Source of the DNA: Planctomycetota bacterium
GTDB taxonomy: Bacteria; Planctomycetota; UBA8742; UBA2392
Direction: 5' to 3'
Length of the DNA stretch: 64,000 nt
Assembly (NCBI GenBank): GCA_020848275.1
Contig: JADLAK010000056.1
Span: 1 to 64,000 of the forward strand
The notes under the pieces are model-generated. The model was not told the DNA's origin and searched no databases. It saw only the letters and a program-made list of their open reading frames with translations. Position numbers and translations under genes: made by a program. Numbering within the stretch: position 1 is the first letter of the stretch; every line of letters begins with the position of its first letter. Positions 53,935-63,416 of the stretch are shown here, in pieces.

Positions 53935-55296
53935 ATGAAGACTCTATCCTCCTTCTGCGCTTTGACCCTTGCCGTGGGCCTGCTTTCAGGCGCCGCTTCA
54001 AGCGTGGTCTCGGCCAAGGCAATGAACTTTTCAACACCCGCAGAGACCACTGTGCTGCGGCTTGCTGACCAGGCCGAAGTGATCGTGGTCGGCCGCATGA
54101 CGGGCGTCGAAAACACCGCGCTGGCAGAGCCCGGCGTTGAAGGCACCTTCTACAAGCGCATCGGGGACGGCTCGCAGCAGGACGGCGACCCGATGGTGCT
54201 GCGCCAGGGAGTCCTTCGCGTAAGCGAGACGCTCAAAGGCGACAGCCACGTCCCGTCGAGCAACGAAATCCGCTTCATCAGTATCCGTCAGCTCCAGTAC
54301 GCGGCCTACGACAGCGGCCTCAAGGACGGCAACGCGATTTACTTCCTTGATGTCCGCACCGACGGCAAGCTGGCCATTGTCGCCAACGAGCGCGGCATCG
54401 TGACGCCGGGCGACGTCGGCGGCCTGTTGCTGCCCGCCACCGACTTCATGCGCTCCTACGTCATGACCTCGGCCGCGAACATGAACGGCCGCTTCAGCAA
54501 CATGCGTACGCAGATGATGTCGGCCATCCGCCTTGACGGCTCGCGGCTGTCGGTCGATTGTGTGACGGAGCTGTCGACGAACTTCAACGATTACGCAAAT
54601 ATCCTGACGCCCCAGGACAAGGCAACGCTGGTCCAGTTGATGCTCAGCAGCGCCGCGGGTTCGGTCGAGCGCCCGGAACTGATCGTGACGATGGGCCGCT
54701 ACAAGCCCCAGGGCGCCAGCGACGCGTTGTTCACCATCTTGCTGTCAGATACTAACTACAGCACTTCGGCGCTTTGCTGCTGGTCCCTGGAGCAGAACGA
54801 CCGCCTCGGTGCGCTTGGCCGCATGACAGAAGAATACGGCACGGCTACCGACAACGGCAAACTTGCGATTGTCCGCGCCATCGGCCTGATTCGCCCGAAG
54901 TTGGGCTATGACGGCGAAGGCATACGCAATGGCGCGCTCAACTTGATTGGCAGCCTGCTGACCAGCACCACACCCGACGCGCTGCTGAAGGAAGCGCTGA
55001 TCGCCTCGCGCGATCTGCGCAGCGGCAACGCCCACATCGCCGCCCTCAAAGACCTGATCAACAACCGCGCAACCAACGGTATCAGCAAAGACGCTGTCCG
55101 GGGCGCCATCATCGCCCTGGCCGCTGCACGCATCGAAAACACTGACGTCGAGGGAAACAACCACGACCAGGTATTCGCCGAGGATTACCTCCTTGAACTC
55201 GGCAACACGGTGCCCGACCTGAAGCAGATCGTCACGTCGGCCCTGAAGACTCCGTGGACCACCCTTATCACGGATTGTGACGGCAACGCCCGCTAA
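53935..55296 (+). CDS. Secreted alpha-helical-repeat (HEAT/ARM-like) protein of unknown function
   Basis: Signal peptide MKTLSSFCALTLAVGLLSGAASSVVSA; C-terminal half rich in the leucine/alanine helical repeats typical of HEAT-like solenoids. Confidence 0.45.
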   Translation: MKTLSSFCALTLAVGLLSGAASSVVSAKAMNFSTPAETTVLRLADQAEVIVVGRMTGVENTALAEPGVEGTFYKRIGDGSQQDGDPMVLRQGVLRVSETLKGDSHVPSSNEIRFISIRQLQYAAYDSGLKDGNAIYFLDVRTDGKLAIVANERGIVTPGDVGGLLLPATDFMRSYVMTSAANMNGRFSNMRTQMMSAIRLDGSRLSVDCVTELSTNFNDYANILTPQDKATLVQLMLSSAAGSVERPELIVTMGRYKPQGASDALFTILLSDTNYSTSALCCWSLEQNDRLGALGRMTEEYGTATDNGKLAIVRAIGLIRPKLGYDGEGIRNGALNLIGSLLTSTTPDALLKEALIASRDLRSGNAHIAALKDLINNRATNGISKDAVRGAIIALAAARIENTDVEGNNHDQVFAEDYLLELGNTVPDLKQIVTSALKTPWTTLITDCDGNAR

Positions 55297-55350
55297 CCGC
55301 GGTGCAGTGAAACTCGGTGCTAAAGAGGGGACCTCCCCTCCCTACAAGGA

Positions 55351-56634
55351 ATGAAGAACATGAAGAAGCTAATGACGAGCCTGGGGTTGATCGCTGTGAG
55401 CGGCCTGATGGCCGGCCAGCTTCAGGCCGGGTTCTCGCTGTTCGACACCGCCAAGGACTCTGGCTACATCGCACGCGGTCGCTTCATCGGCCTCGAGCGC
55501 ACCGCCGGCGGCGACCGCCTCACCTTCCGGCTTGATTCCTTCATCAAGGGAAGCATCGCCGAAACCGAAGTCGTGATCGAGCCTTTCGACAAGGCCTATA
55601 ACGATGTCGCGGTCGGCCAGGATGCGATTGTCGGCTTTACCCGAAGCAATGTTGATCAGAAGTATCGGACGTCATGGGGTATCCGCAGCATCTTCCTGCC
55701 AAACCAGAACCTCACCAGTTGCGATACCGCGCTGCAAAACCTCGTGGCGATTAACGCGCCCTACCAGGCCGTGATCGACGCCGAGCTTGCCAAACGCGCC
55801 GAGTACCAGGACCCGGGCTACGAAGGCGTGTTCCCCGGCGCCTTGATGGAAGCCTGGCGCACCGAGCTGCTCTCGCAGATTTCCCTGGCCGGCTCTGACG
55901 CCGCCAAGAGCGCGGCGCAGGTCCTGGTGGAGCACAAGCTGTTCAAGGGCACTGTTGGTCCCAGCCAGTTGGCCCAGTACGTGGCGCCGCGCGTCACACT
56001 GACGCCCTCGGGCACCAAGGAACGCGCTTATGTGCTGATGCTGATTGGCAGCCAGCCCAGCCTGTACCCGAACACCGATGAATTGTTCACTATGCTGGGG
56101 CAGGAAATGCCGAACTCGGAAATCTCCTGCGCCGGCCACATTGCGGGCCTGCTGCGCATCAAGCCCCGCACCGACGTCGTCACTCGCCTCCAGACTCTGG
56201 TGACCGGTGACATCGATACGCCGGTCAAGGCCAACGCCCTGTTCGTCGCTGAAACCCTGAAGGACATCTCCACGCTGCCCATGGTCCAGGGCTTGCTGAC
56301 GGCGCAGAGCGCGCTTGGCGCCGACGCCGACCTCACCCTGACCCGTGCCGCTCTCAAGGTTTTGCGCGCCACGCCCCACAGCAGCAGCGCCCAGTTGCTG
56401 GTCGACTTCCTTGCCAGCGACCTGTGCAAGCAGGACAAGAACCCTGACACGTGGTGGGAAATGACTCGTCGCGGCATCGTCGCCTACGCCATGATCAACA
56501 ACCCCACGACCAACGCCAAGGTCCGCGAGTGGTTCTTTGCGGCTGAAGGCGCCCGCCGCCAGTATCTGCGCTTCATGATCGAAGAGAACAAGGATTGGCG
56601 CCCAGTGGTGATGATCTTCAACGAAAAGAACTAG
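55351..56634 (+). CDS. Secreted protein of unknown function (probably helical-repeat)
   Basis: Signal peptide MKNMKKLMTSLGLIAVSGLMAGQLQA; no catalytic motif recognised. Confidence 0.45.
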   Translation: MKNMKKLMTSLGLIAVSGLMAGQLQAGFSLFDTAKDSGYIARGRFIGLERTAGGDRLTFRLDSFIKGSIAETEVVIEPFDKAYNDVAVGQDAIVGFTRSNVDQKYRTSWGIRSIFLPNQNLTSCDTALQNLVAINAPYQAVIDAELAKRAEYQDPGYEGVFPGALMEAWRTELLSQISLAGSDAAKSAAQVLVEHKLFKGTVGPSQLAQYVAPRVTLTPSGTKERAYVLMLIGSQPSLYPNTDELFTMLGQEMPNSEISCAGHIAGLLRIKPRTDVVTRLQTLVTGDIDTPVKANALFVAETLKDISTLPMVQGLLTAQSALGADADLTLTRAALKVLRATPHSSSAQLLVDFLASDLCKQDKNPDTWWEMTRRGIVAYAMINNPTTNAKVREWFFAAEGARRQYLRFMIEENKDWRPVVMIFNEKN

Positions 56635-56884
56635 CAAGGTTACTGACAGACCTCGCTCCAAAACTCAGGGTGTCGGCTCGTTGCCGGCGCCTTTGAGTTT
56701 TTAATGCGCTAACTGGTTCGTTTGAAGCGCGCCGAGCTTTTCCAAGACGATGGAGCGAGCTTTTGCGCTGCGCCGGGCGAGCAGATCGAGAAAGCCACGC
56801 AGAGCGAGGCCGACGCCGAGATGCGATGCCCGCCACAAGCAAAAGCCGCTACAGCGTTGCAGGAAATGCTCGTACAATGCGGCC

Positions 56885-58033
56885 ATGAAGACGAGGCTGG
56901 CCCTATCAGCTTCAGTACTCCTCGCCGCAACATTGCTGGCGGCATGCGCCTCGGCGCCGGCGCCCAAACCTGATGACGGGCCCGATGGCACCAGCCTGCG
57001 CCGTTACACCGGCCTTCCGCTGACGTTGTCCGAGTTCAATGAAAACCGCGGCGGCGCGATTTCCGTCTGTCGCGTGCTGGCGGCGCTGGAACGCGACCTG
57101 CATGAGCAATCAAACGAAGCCCGCGATGCCGAAATCCTGGTGGACCAGGCCACACGCAGCGTTGGCAGCGACCTGCGCACTGCGCGCGAATTGTGGCTGG
57201 GCGCCGAGCGCGTGCCTCCGGGCGCAGGGCGCGAGGTATTCCACGAATACGGCTACTACGGCGGCGAAGCGGAGCACGAACTGTTTGCGCCGCGCAACGC
57301 CATCCCTTCGCTGGGCGCCGAGGCGGCGCGCCTGCTTGAAACCCACGCCGACATGTCGCCGCGCGGGCAACTGCTGGCGGGCTGGCGGCATTTCGCGCCC
57401 GAGGTGCGACAGCGCGCCGAGGGTTACCTGGCGAGTTCGTGGCGCTTTGAGTTGGTATCGCGTGGCAGCGCCCGCGTCAGCCTTTGCGACAGCCTGTTAG
57501 GCCCCTTTGAACGCTCACGCGTCGAAGACGCCGGCGACGCTTACCTTGCCGGACCGATCATGCTCTACGAGGGCTATAGATGCCCCCAGGGCCTGATGGA
57601 ACTTGTGGTTGAGGGCCCGGCCTCGCCCGTTGCGGCGACGATCAGCGCCCTGGCGCGCGTCGGCCGCGGCGAAAAAGCTGAATTGCCGGTGCTGATCGCC
57701 GAGGGCTACGTGCGCGTCGATCTTTCGAAGGAAGACCGCGCGTTCCTGTCCGCGGCGCTCAAGGGCTTGTCGCAGGGCTACGCCGATGTCGCGGACCTGC
57801 CCCTGAACTGCCGGCGCTTTGACGTAACCTTCAGCTACCTGGTCGATCTCAACGAGGCCCGCGCAACCCTGGGTTTCAAGCGCATCGCCGACGGCTGGTC
57901 GCTGGAAAAATTCGTCTACGAACCCGCTGCCGCGCAGGTCATGCGCCGCAACGTCAGCATCGACATGATGGAAATGGTCGCCGCCGCGGCATCTGGCAGC
58001 GCCACGAAGATGATCTCGGCGCGCAGGAAGTAA
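56885..58033 (+). CDS. Lipoprotein of unknown function (lipobox LAACAS)
   Basis: MKTRLALSASVLLAATLLAACAS; start at ATG 56885 within the longer track ORF. Confidence 0.5.
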   Translation: MKTRLALSASVLLAATLLAACASAPAPKPDDGPDGTSLRRYTGLPLTLSEFNENRGGAISVCRVLAALERDLHEQSNEARDAEILVDQATRSVGSDLRTARELWLGAERVPPGAGREVFHEYGYYGGEAEHELFAPRNAIPSLGAEAARLLETHADMSPRGQLLAGWRHFAPEVRQRAEGYLASSWRFELVSRGSARVSLCDSLLGPFERSRVEDAGDAYLAGPIMLYEGYRCPQGLMELVVEGPASPVAATISALARVGRGEKAELPVLIAEGYVRVDLSKEDRAFLSAALKGLSQGYADVADLPLNCRRFDVTFSYLVDLNEARATLGFKRIADGWSLEKFVYEPAAAQVMRRNVSIDMMEMVAAAASGSATKMISARRK

Positions 58034-58114
58034 TGTGGCTGGGGCCGCCGGCCCCTGCGCACGTCATTGACGAGCGATTGGGCAGTTCGCTGGGACCGCC
58101 GGCCCCAGACACAT

Positions 58115-59143
58115 CTACTTTCTCTTTTCCGGGTCAATGTCGATCAGCTTCAGCGTCGCGTTGGCGCGGTCGAAGTCCGCCTTGCTGCCCCTGAAAATCA
58201 CCGAGCGCGTTTTCTCGTAGGCGCCGATCTGGACTGAATACGCCGCGAGCTCGGTCGTGAACATCTCCCTCAACACTTTCGCCGCGTCATCGGCGGTGAT
58301 GTAAACCAGCCGCGCGGTGTAGGTGCCCTCGGCATAGGCCGGATCGGCGGCGTTGGCGTCGAGCTTCTGGAGACGCTGGTGCACGCGCGAGAGTTCGTCG
58401 CGCCGGCCGCTAATCAGAAGCGTGTTCGAGGTTTCGTGCAGCGTCATCTTCCAGCTTTCACCCTCGGCGCGAAGGCGCTCCATAGCTTGCGCGTACCGTT
58501 TGACCTGGCCGTTGCGCGGCGCGAAATCCTGCAGGACGAGGTCCTCGTCGCGCACGGCGGCATTGTCCGCCGCACGTCCGACCGCCAGCGCCGCAACAAG
58601 CCTGTCGGCGAAGTCCGAGACAATCAGCGTGTGCGTGGGCTCGAAAATTTCCACATGCCCCGATTGCGGCGACAGCACGCGGCGCACCTCACCGGCAAGT
58701 TTGGCAATGTCCGTGCGGGCGGCCTTGATGGCGACGGCGGCGAAGTAGTGTTTGTTGAGGTCGCGTTCGTCCTCGACAAAGGGCGCGTAGCGCGCGGCGT
58801 CCTGCCCGCGCACAAGTTGGTAGGTCGGGCCGGGCAGGCCCTCGACTTCGAAGGCCACGAGGTCGCAGCGGCGCAGCACCTCGAACAACAGCAGGCGGCG
58901 CGAGCGGTCGTCCTTGGGCGCGGTCGTTTCACTCGTTACGCGCCGGGGTTTGCCGTCTTCGCCGTTGAGCTCGGCCGCGTCGTAGACAAAGCCGCAACCA
59001 AGCGCGTCCTGCGCCCATTTCAGCACGTCGGTGACCGGCGCGTCCTTGAACTTCGGGTCGGGTTTGACCTCGTCAGCGGTGGAGGCGACAAACCCGAAGC
59101 ACAAGCAGCACACAAGCGCCGCGGCAAACGTGGACATCTTCAT
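58115..59143 (-). CDS. Secreted protein with three Secretin_N (NolW-like) type repeats but no secretin pore domain
   Basis: Signal peptide MKMSTFAAALVCCLCFGFVASTA. Repeats THTLIVSDFADRLVAALAV / SNTLLISGRRDELSRVHQRLQKLD / RSVIFRGSKADFDRANATLKLIDID. The start ATG at 59143 overlaps the upstream gene's stop (ATGA). Confidence 0.45.
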   Translation of the reverse strand: MKMSTFAAALVCCLCFGFVASTADEVKPDPKFKDAPVTDVLKWAQDALGCGFVYDAAELNGEDGKPRRVTSETTAPKDDRSRRLLLFEVLRRCDLVAFEVEGLPGPTYQLVRGQDAARYAPFVEDERDLNKHYFAAVAIKAARTDIAKLAGEVRRVLSPQSGHVEIFEPTHTLIVSDFADRLVAALAVGRAADNAAVRDEDLVLQDFAPRNGQVKRYAQAMERLRAEGESWKMTLHETSNTLLISGRRDELSRVHQRLQKLDANAADPAYAEGTYTARLVYITADDAAKVLREMFTTELAAYSVQIGAYEKTRSVIFRGSKADFDRANATLKLIDIDPEKRK

Positions 59144-60024
59144 GGCTTTTCTTTCTGTGTCGAGGACCGCTGTGCGGCGATCATGCCGAACGCAACGCCC
59201 GTCAGCAGCAACAACCCGCCCGCAGCCTGGAGCGGCGTGAGCGTAGACTTCGCAAAAACCTCGAACTGGTCCTTCAGCGCCAGCATCATCAAGAGCGCGA
59301 TCACGGGTTCGCCCAGGATCGCCAGGTTGATGTAAAACACCGGCACGTACTTCACCGCATAATGAAACATCGAATGGCCGATTAAAGTTGGGATCAGAAT
59401 GGCGCAACCGAGAAAAATCCACGTCTGGCCGGGGTAGCCCCAAAGCGCGTCGCCCTTGGCCAGCGCCACCGCAAGGCTGGTCAGGCCGCCAATGCCGTAG
59501 AGCGCCGTCAGGTAGCCGACCAGCGACATTTTGGGCCGCAACCCGCGCCCGAACGAATAACTGATCACGATAAGCAGGCAGCACGCGAGCACCATGCCGT
59601 CGCCGATCAATTGGCGCATATCGGTAATCGAGTCGTTCCAGCCAAACAGCACGATGCCGGCAATGGCGATAATGCTGCTTATGGCGACCCAGCGCGTGAT
59701 CGGCTCCTTGAGCCAGATCGCGCCGATGGTCGCCGCCATCAGCGGCTGCGCGCCAAGCAGCACGACGGCGCTTTCCTTGCTTGTGTGGTCAAAGGCCCAG
59801 GTAAAAAACACGAAGTGAAAGCCATAAAGCACGCCCGAGAGCAGCAGTTTCAGGCGGTCGGCGGTATTCAGCCGCTTGAAATCCTCGGCCAGCCGCGGCG
59901 CGGCCAGCGGCATCAATATCAGCGTTACGCTGAGCATGCGCCAGGCGGGCAGCGCAAAAGGGCCAATGGGCGCGAGCAGGATAAAGGGCCCCGCGGTCGA
60001 AACCGCGATCAGGCCAATCAGCAT
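59140..60024 (-). CDS. EamA/DMT-superfamily transporter (10-TM drug/metabolite exporter family)
   Basis: Two EamA-like halves of hydrophobic helices. Start placed at MLIGLIAVS (ATG 60024), because the longer track ORF would run through the repeat element at 60091-60158. Confidence 0.6.
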   Translation of the reverse strand: MLIGLIAVSTAGPFILLAPIGPFALPAWRMLSVTLILMPLAAPRLAEDFKRLNTADRLKLLLSGVLYGFHFVFFTWAFDHTSKESAVVLLGAQPLMAATIGAIWLKEPITRWVAISSIIAIAGIVLFGWNDSITDMRQLIGDGMVLACCLLIVISYSFGRGLRPKMSLVGYLTALYGIGGLTSLAVALAKGDALWGYPGQTWIFLGCAILIPTLIGHSMFHYAVKYVPVFYINLAILGEPVIALLMMLALKDQFEVFAKSTLTPLQAAGGLLLLTGVAFGMIAAQRSSTQKEKP

Positions 60025-60090
60025 GGCAAGCACAGGCAAGGCGCGGGAATCTGCCGGGGGCGAACTCAGAACCACCTCCAAAGACAAGTC

Positions 60091-60158
60091 GGACACGAAT
60101 TGACACGAATTGACACGAATCAGCAAACCCATTCGTGAGAATTCGTGTGCATTCGTGG
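60091..60158. repeat. CACGAAT palindromic intergenic element, copy 4 (3x CACGAATTGA direct repeats, then 3x ATTCGTG inverted)
   Basis: ggaCACGAATtgaCACGAATtgaCACGAATcagcaaacccATTCGTGagaATTCGTGtgcATTCGTGG. Confidence 0.65.
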
Positions 60159-60179
60159 CTAACAATCTCAGGTTTGTTT

Positions 60180-60995
60180 CTAGGAAACGACAGCGGTCGC
60201 GTAGCCCACAACCTGTTCCATGTCGCCCGAGGTCGGGCCGCTGGTCGTATGCTCGATCACGCGTGCGCCCGTCGCGCCAAGAAGCTTGCAGGCCTCGACC
60301 ATCAGCGCCGTGGCAAACGCGCCGCACATGCTGATGTCCTCGCGCAGGCAGACCTCGAGCATGCCGCGCGGGTCAAACGCCCGCAGGCGCTCCAGCGCCT
60401 TTTCATCCTTGGCCAGGGTCAGCGTATGGCCTTCGTAGTGGTTCATGTCGCTGGACGAAACGATAAGCACGCCACGCGCATGAGCCTTGATCGCCGCCGC
60501 AATGTTCGCCGCGGCCTTGAGCAACTCGCGATAATCTGTGTGGCCGACGCTGATCACCGCCACGCGCACGTCGGGCCGCAGCACTTGCAGAAACGGCAGC
60601 ACAACCTCCGCGGCGTGGTCGTGGCCGTGCGGGCGGTTGGAAACGACCACCGGTGGCTTGTCGAGGGCATCGGTCAGTTCGCGATCGGTCGGCAATTCAC
60701 CCAGCGGCGTGCGCCAGGCTTCGTATGCGGCCAGCGACAGGTCGCCGCCGCCGGGCCGATGTTTGGTGTGCAGGATCAGGACGGTCTCGGGTATCTCGAC
60801 GCGCGCGAGCACGTGGCCGCAAAGCGCGCCCGAGTAAACGTAGCCCGCGTGGGGCACCATCACGCCCAGGGCTTTTTCGGGTGTGATTGGTTTGCCGAGA
60901 TACTGGTGGACTTCGGCCTTCAGGCTGCGCGCATCGCCCGGGTAAAACATGCCCGCAACCGCGGCGGCCCGGGGGCTGTCGTAGAGCACGCTCAT
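60180..60995 (-). CDS. MEMO1-family protein (AmmeMemoRadiSam system protein B homologue)
   Basis: MFYPGD..., VMVPHAGYVYSG, HGHDHAAEVVLPFLQ, SSDMNHY. The start ATG at 60995 overlaps the upstream small gene's stop (ATGA). Confidence 0.7.
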   Translation of the reverse strand: MSVLYDSPRAAAVAGMFYPGDARSLKAEVHQYLGKPITPEKALGVMVPHAGYVYSGALCGHVLARVEIPETVLILHTKHRPGGGDLSLAAYEAWRTPLGELPTDRELTDALDKPPVVVSNRPHGHDHAAEVVLPFLQVLRPDVRVAVISVGHTDYRELLKAAANIAAAIKAHARGVLIVSSSDMNHYEGHTLTLAKDEKALERLRAFDPRGMLEVCLREDISMCGAFATALMVEACKLLGATGARVIEHTTSGPTSGDMEQVVGYATAVVS

Positions 60996-61435
60996 TGGGA
61001 CACGCTTTCGGGCCCCTTGGCTTCTTCCCGGTCGAACACCATCGCAAGCAGGCCACCCAGCACTTCGCCTGCAACGGCCAGCGCGAAAATCCAAAGCGGC
61101 AGAGACCACACCTGCGACAGCGGCAACTCCTGCAGGCCCTTGAGCGAAACGCCCGAAAGCACCGACCCCACGCCCGCGCCGGCGATCACCGCGGGCCCGA
61201 GCGCGTAAATCGTGCCGGTACGAAAGGCCTTGATGGCCGGGCTGCGCGCGCCGCGCAACAGCCAGGGCAGCAACCCCGCGCCGATCAAACCCGCCGCAAG
61301 GATCAGGCCGAACTTCGCCAACAGCACGGGCACGTCGACTTCGGCCTCGAGCGTGCGCTTCATGCCCGGCACGTCCGACGCGCCCTGCATGCGCGGGAGA
61401 AACGGCGAAACAATTGATTTCAGAAGTGAAAACAT
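60992..61435 (-). CDS. Small polytopic membrane protein of unknown function
   Basis: 147 aa with 3-4 hydrophobic helices; translationally coupled to the MEMO1-like gene. Confidence 0.4.
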   Translation of the reverse strand: MFSLLKSIVSPFLPRMQGASDVPGMKRTLEAEVDVPVLLAKFGLILAAGLIGAGLLPWLLRGARSPAIKAFRTGTIYALGPAVIAGAGVGSVLSGVSLKGLQELPLSQVWSLPLWIFALAVAGEVLGGLLAMVFDREEAKGPESVSQ

Positions 61436-61483
61436 GGCTGGGACGAAATTCGCGACTCCGCGCTCCTCTCTCCGTGCTCCGCA

Positions 61484-63331
61484 CTACCCTATGTCGATAT
61501 CGTCGGCTTGTTCTTCAGGCGCGACGTCGACGATCACGTACGTGCGCGCCAGCAGGTCGCCCAGCCGCTGCTGTTTGCCCGTGAGCATCATCAGGCCCAG
61601 AGGGATCAACAGCAGCGTCCAGTGCGCAAGTTCGATAATTCGCACCAGGTTGCGCACCACGATCTGCCACGACGCCGGCGCCTCGCCGTCGGCGTTCACC
61701 ACGCGCAGATGCAGCAACGCCTTGCCCAGCGTGCGGCCCCACATCAGTTCGCAGAACAGCGAATACGCCGCCAGCACGCTCAGCGTCACCAGTGAACCCT
61801 GGATCACCGGCAGCAAATTGCCGCCCGCGCCGCCAATGGGCCCGAAATAAAGGAAGCCGTAGGCCTGCGACCATTCATAGCCGTAGACCTGCTTGAGCAA
61901 AATAATGATCGGGCTTGTCGCAAGCAGGTCGACAATCAGCGCCACGCCGCGCGCAAGCTGGTTGGCATAGAAAAGTTTTGGCGCGGCCTTGGCCGGCACG
62001 GGTTTGCCGTCCTTCTGGCTTGCGGCGAGGATACCCGCCAATGTCTTGTCGAGTTCCTGCTGCCGGTTCAAGAGCAGCCAAACACCCTGCCCCGCCAGCA
62101 GCACCAGCATTACCAGCAACACGCCCGCCCAAATCAGCAGCGGCGTCAGGCCGTGCGAGGCTTCAAGTGCAAGGTCGCGGGATTCCCAGGTGAAGTCACC
62201 GCCCGCGGGCGTGCCGATCGCAAGCTTGACCACGCCGCCATCGCCGTATACCGCCGCAAGTTTGTTGCCCGCGGCGGTCAGCGACATGAAGCCGCCCATG
62301 CCAAGCGGGTTTTGCGCAAGCGCGGGCGGCTTTTGCTCAAGGCGTATCCATTCCGACGGCGGCTGCAGGCGGAAGAACTCCCACTCGCGTTTTGCCGTGC
62401 CGCGGCGCGTCAGGGCGACCACGGGCTGGCCGGCGACAATCGCCAGCGACGACATCTGAACCTCGCTGCTGACCCGGTTGTCGCGCATGACAAATTCCGC
62501 CGTCGCGCGCCTGCGCCGCGCCTGAGGCTCCGCGGGAGGCGGTTCAGGCGCCGCGATCAGGGCGCTCGAGGCGTGCGGGAGATCCGCTTGCTCGGCGGCG
62601 ACCTCGATTGCGGGCTTGAACGCGTGCAGCGTCAGCGTCCCGGTTTTGCGTTCCTGCGTGACAAGCCAAAGCACCGCGCCGTCGGCGATCAAATCAAGCG
62701 CAGCACCCGCGCGCTCAAGGCGCGTGATCGAAAACGGCTGCACATCCGGTTCGTTCAGCGGGCGCACCAGCACTTCGTTGCCCGTCGTCCAGCACAACCA
62801 CGTGACTCCGCCAACGACCGCCGCGTGCGGCGAGCCGTCGGCCTCGGCGATGCCGAGGCTGCCGCTGCGCACGACTCTGGGCCAGTCCGGGCCGACATCG
62901 CCCGAGAGGTCGAACTCGACCAGTTGTTCCGCAAAGAGCACCAGCGCGCGGCGCTCAGGCAGCATCACGACGCTTTCGCATACCCCGTCGAACTGGCGCC
63001 CCGCCTGCAGGTCGGTGTCGACAATGCGCGCAAACCGGAAACTGCCGCGGTCCCAGTTCGCCGCGCCGGAGTCAAGGGACTGGTCGATCAGCAAACCGTG
63101 CAGCTTGCCGTCGGCGGCAACGGATGCCTCGGCAAGCCCCGAGACGCGAAAGGACGGCGACAGCCCCTGGTAGGCAGTCGCCCCAAACATCATCGCGACC
63201 GCCAGCACCGCAGTGACTGCAAAGCTGAAACGCACGAATTTAAGTCGGCGCTGCTGGGCAAGCAGCCGTTCGCGTATTGGATCGGGGATGTTGGGCACAG
63301 GGGCCATGTTGTCGATGTTAACCCAAATCAA
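61484..63331 (-). CDS. RDD-family membrane protein with a large N-terminal extracytoplasmic domain
   Basis: C-terminal RDD-like region ARGVALIVDLLATSPIIILL...GRTLGKALLHLRVVNADG...VRNLVRIIE; N-terminal TM helix, then a ~400-aa domain. Confidence 0.6.
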   Translation of the reverse strand: MIWVNIDNMAPVPNIPDPIRERLLAQQRRLKFVRFSFAVTAVLAVAMMFGATAYQGLSPSFRVSGLAEASVAADGKLHGLLIDQSLDSGAANWDRGSFRFARIVDTDLQAGRQFDGVCESVVMLPERRALVLFAEQLVEFDLSGDVGPDWPRVVRSGSLGIAEADGSPHAAVVGGVTWLCWTTGNEVLVRPLNEPDVQPFSITRLERAGAALDLIADGAVLWLVTQERKTGTLTLHAFKPAIEVAAEQADLPHASSALIAAPEPPPAEPQARRRRATAEFVMRDNRVSSEVQMSSLAIVAGQPVVALTRRGTAKREWEFFRLQPPSEWIRLEQKPPALAQNPLGMGGFMSLTAAGNKLAAVYGDGGVVKLAIGTPAGGDFTWESRDLALEASHGLTPLLIWAGVLLVMLVLLAGQGVWLLLNRQQELDKTLAGILAASQKDGKPVPAKAAPKLFYANQLARGVALIVDLLATSPIIILLKQVYGYEWSQAYGFLYFGPIGGAGGNLLPVIQGSLVTLSVLAAYSLFCELMWGRTLGKALLHLRVVNADGEAPASWQIVVRNLVRIIELAHWTLLLIPLGLMMLTGKQQRLGDLLARTYVIVDVAPEEQADDIDIG

Positions 63332-63416
63332 GCATCTTATCTTGCGTGAAACGTGCTACGCGCCTCGTGTTACGGATCAATCAACCCGTGGCACGAGGCA
63401 CGTAACACACAGCGTG

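Noticed and set aside
60135-63349. Long plus-strand ORFs (357 aa, 398 aa, 212 aa) across the MEMO1/RDD operon
   Set aside because: Antisense to the coupled minus-strand operon, whose genes show domain motifs; high-GC frame artefacts.
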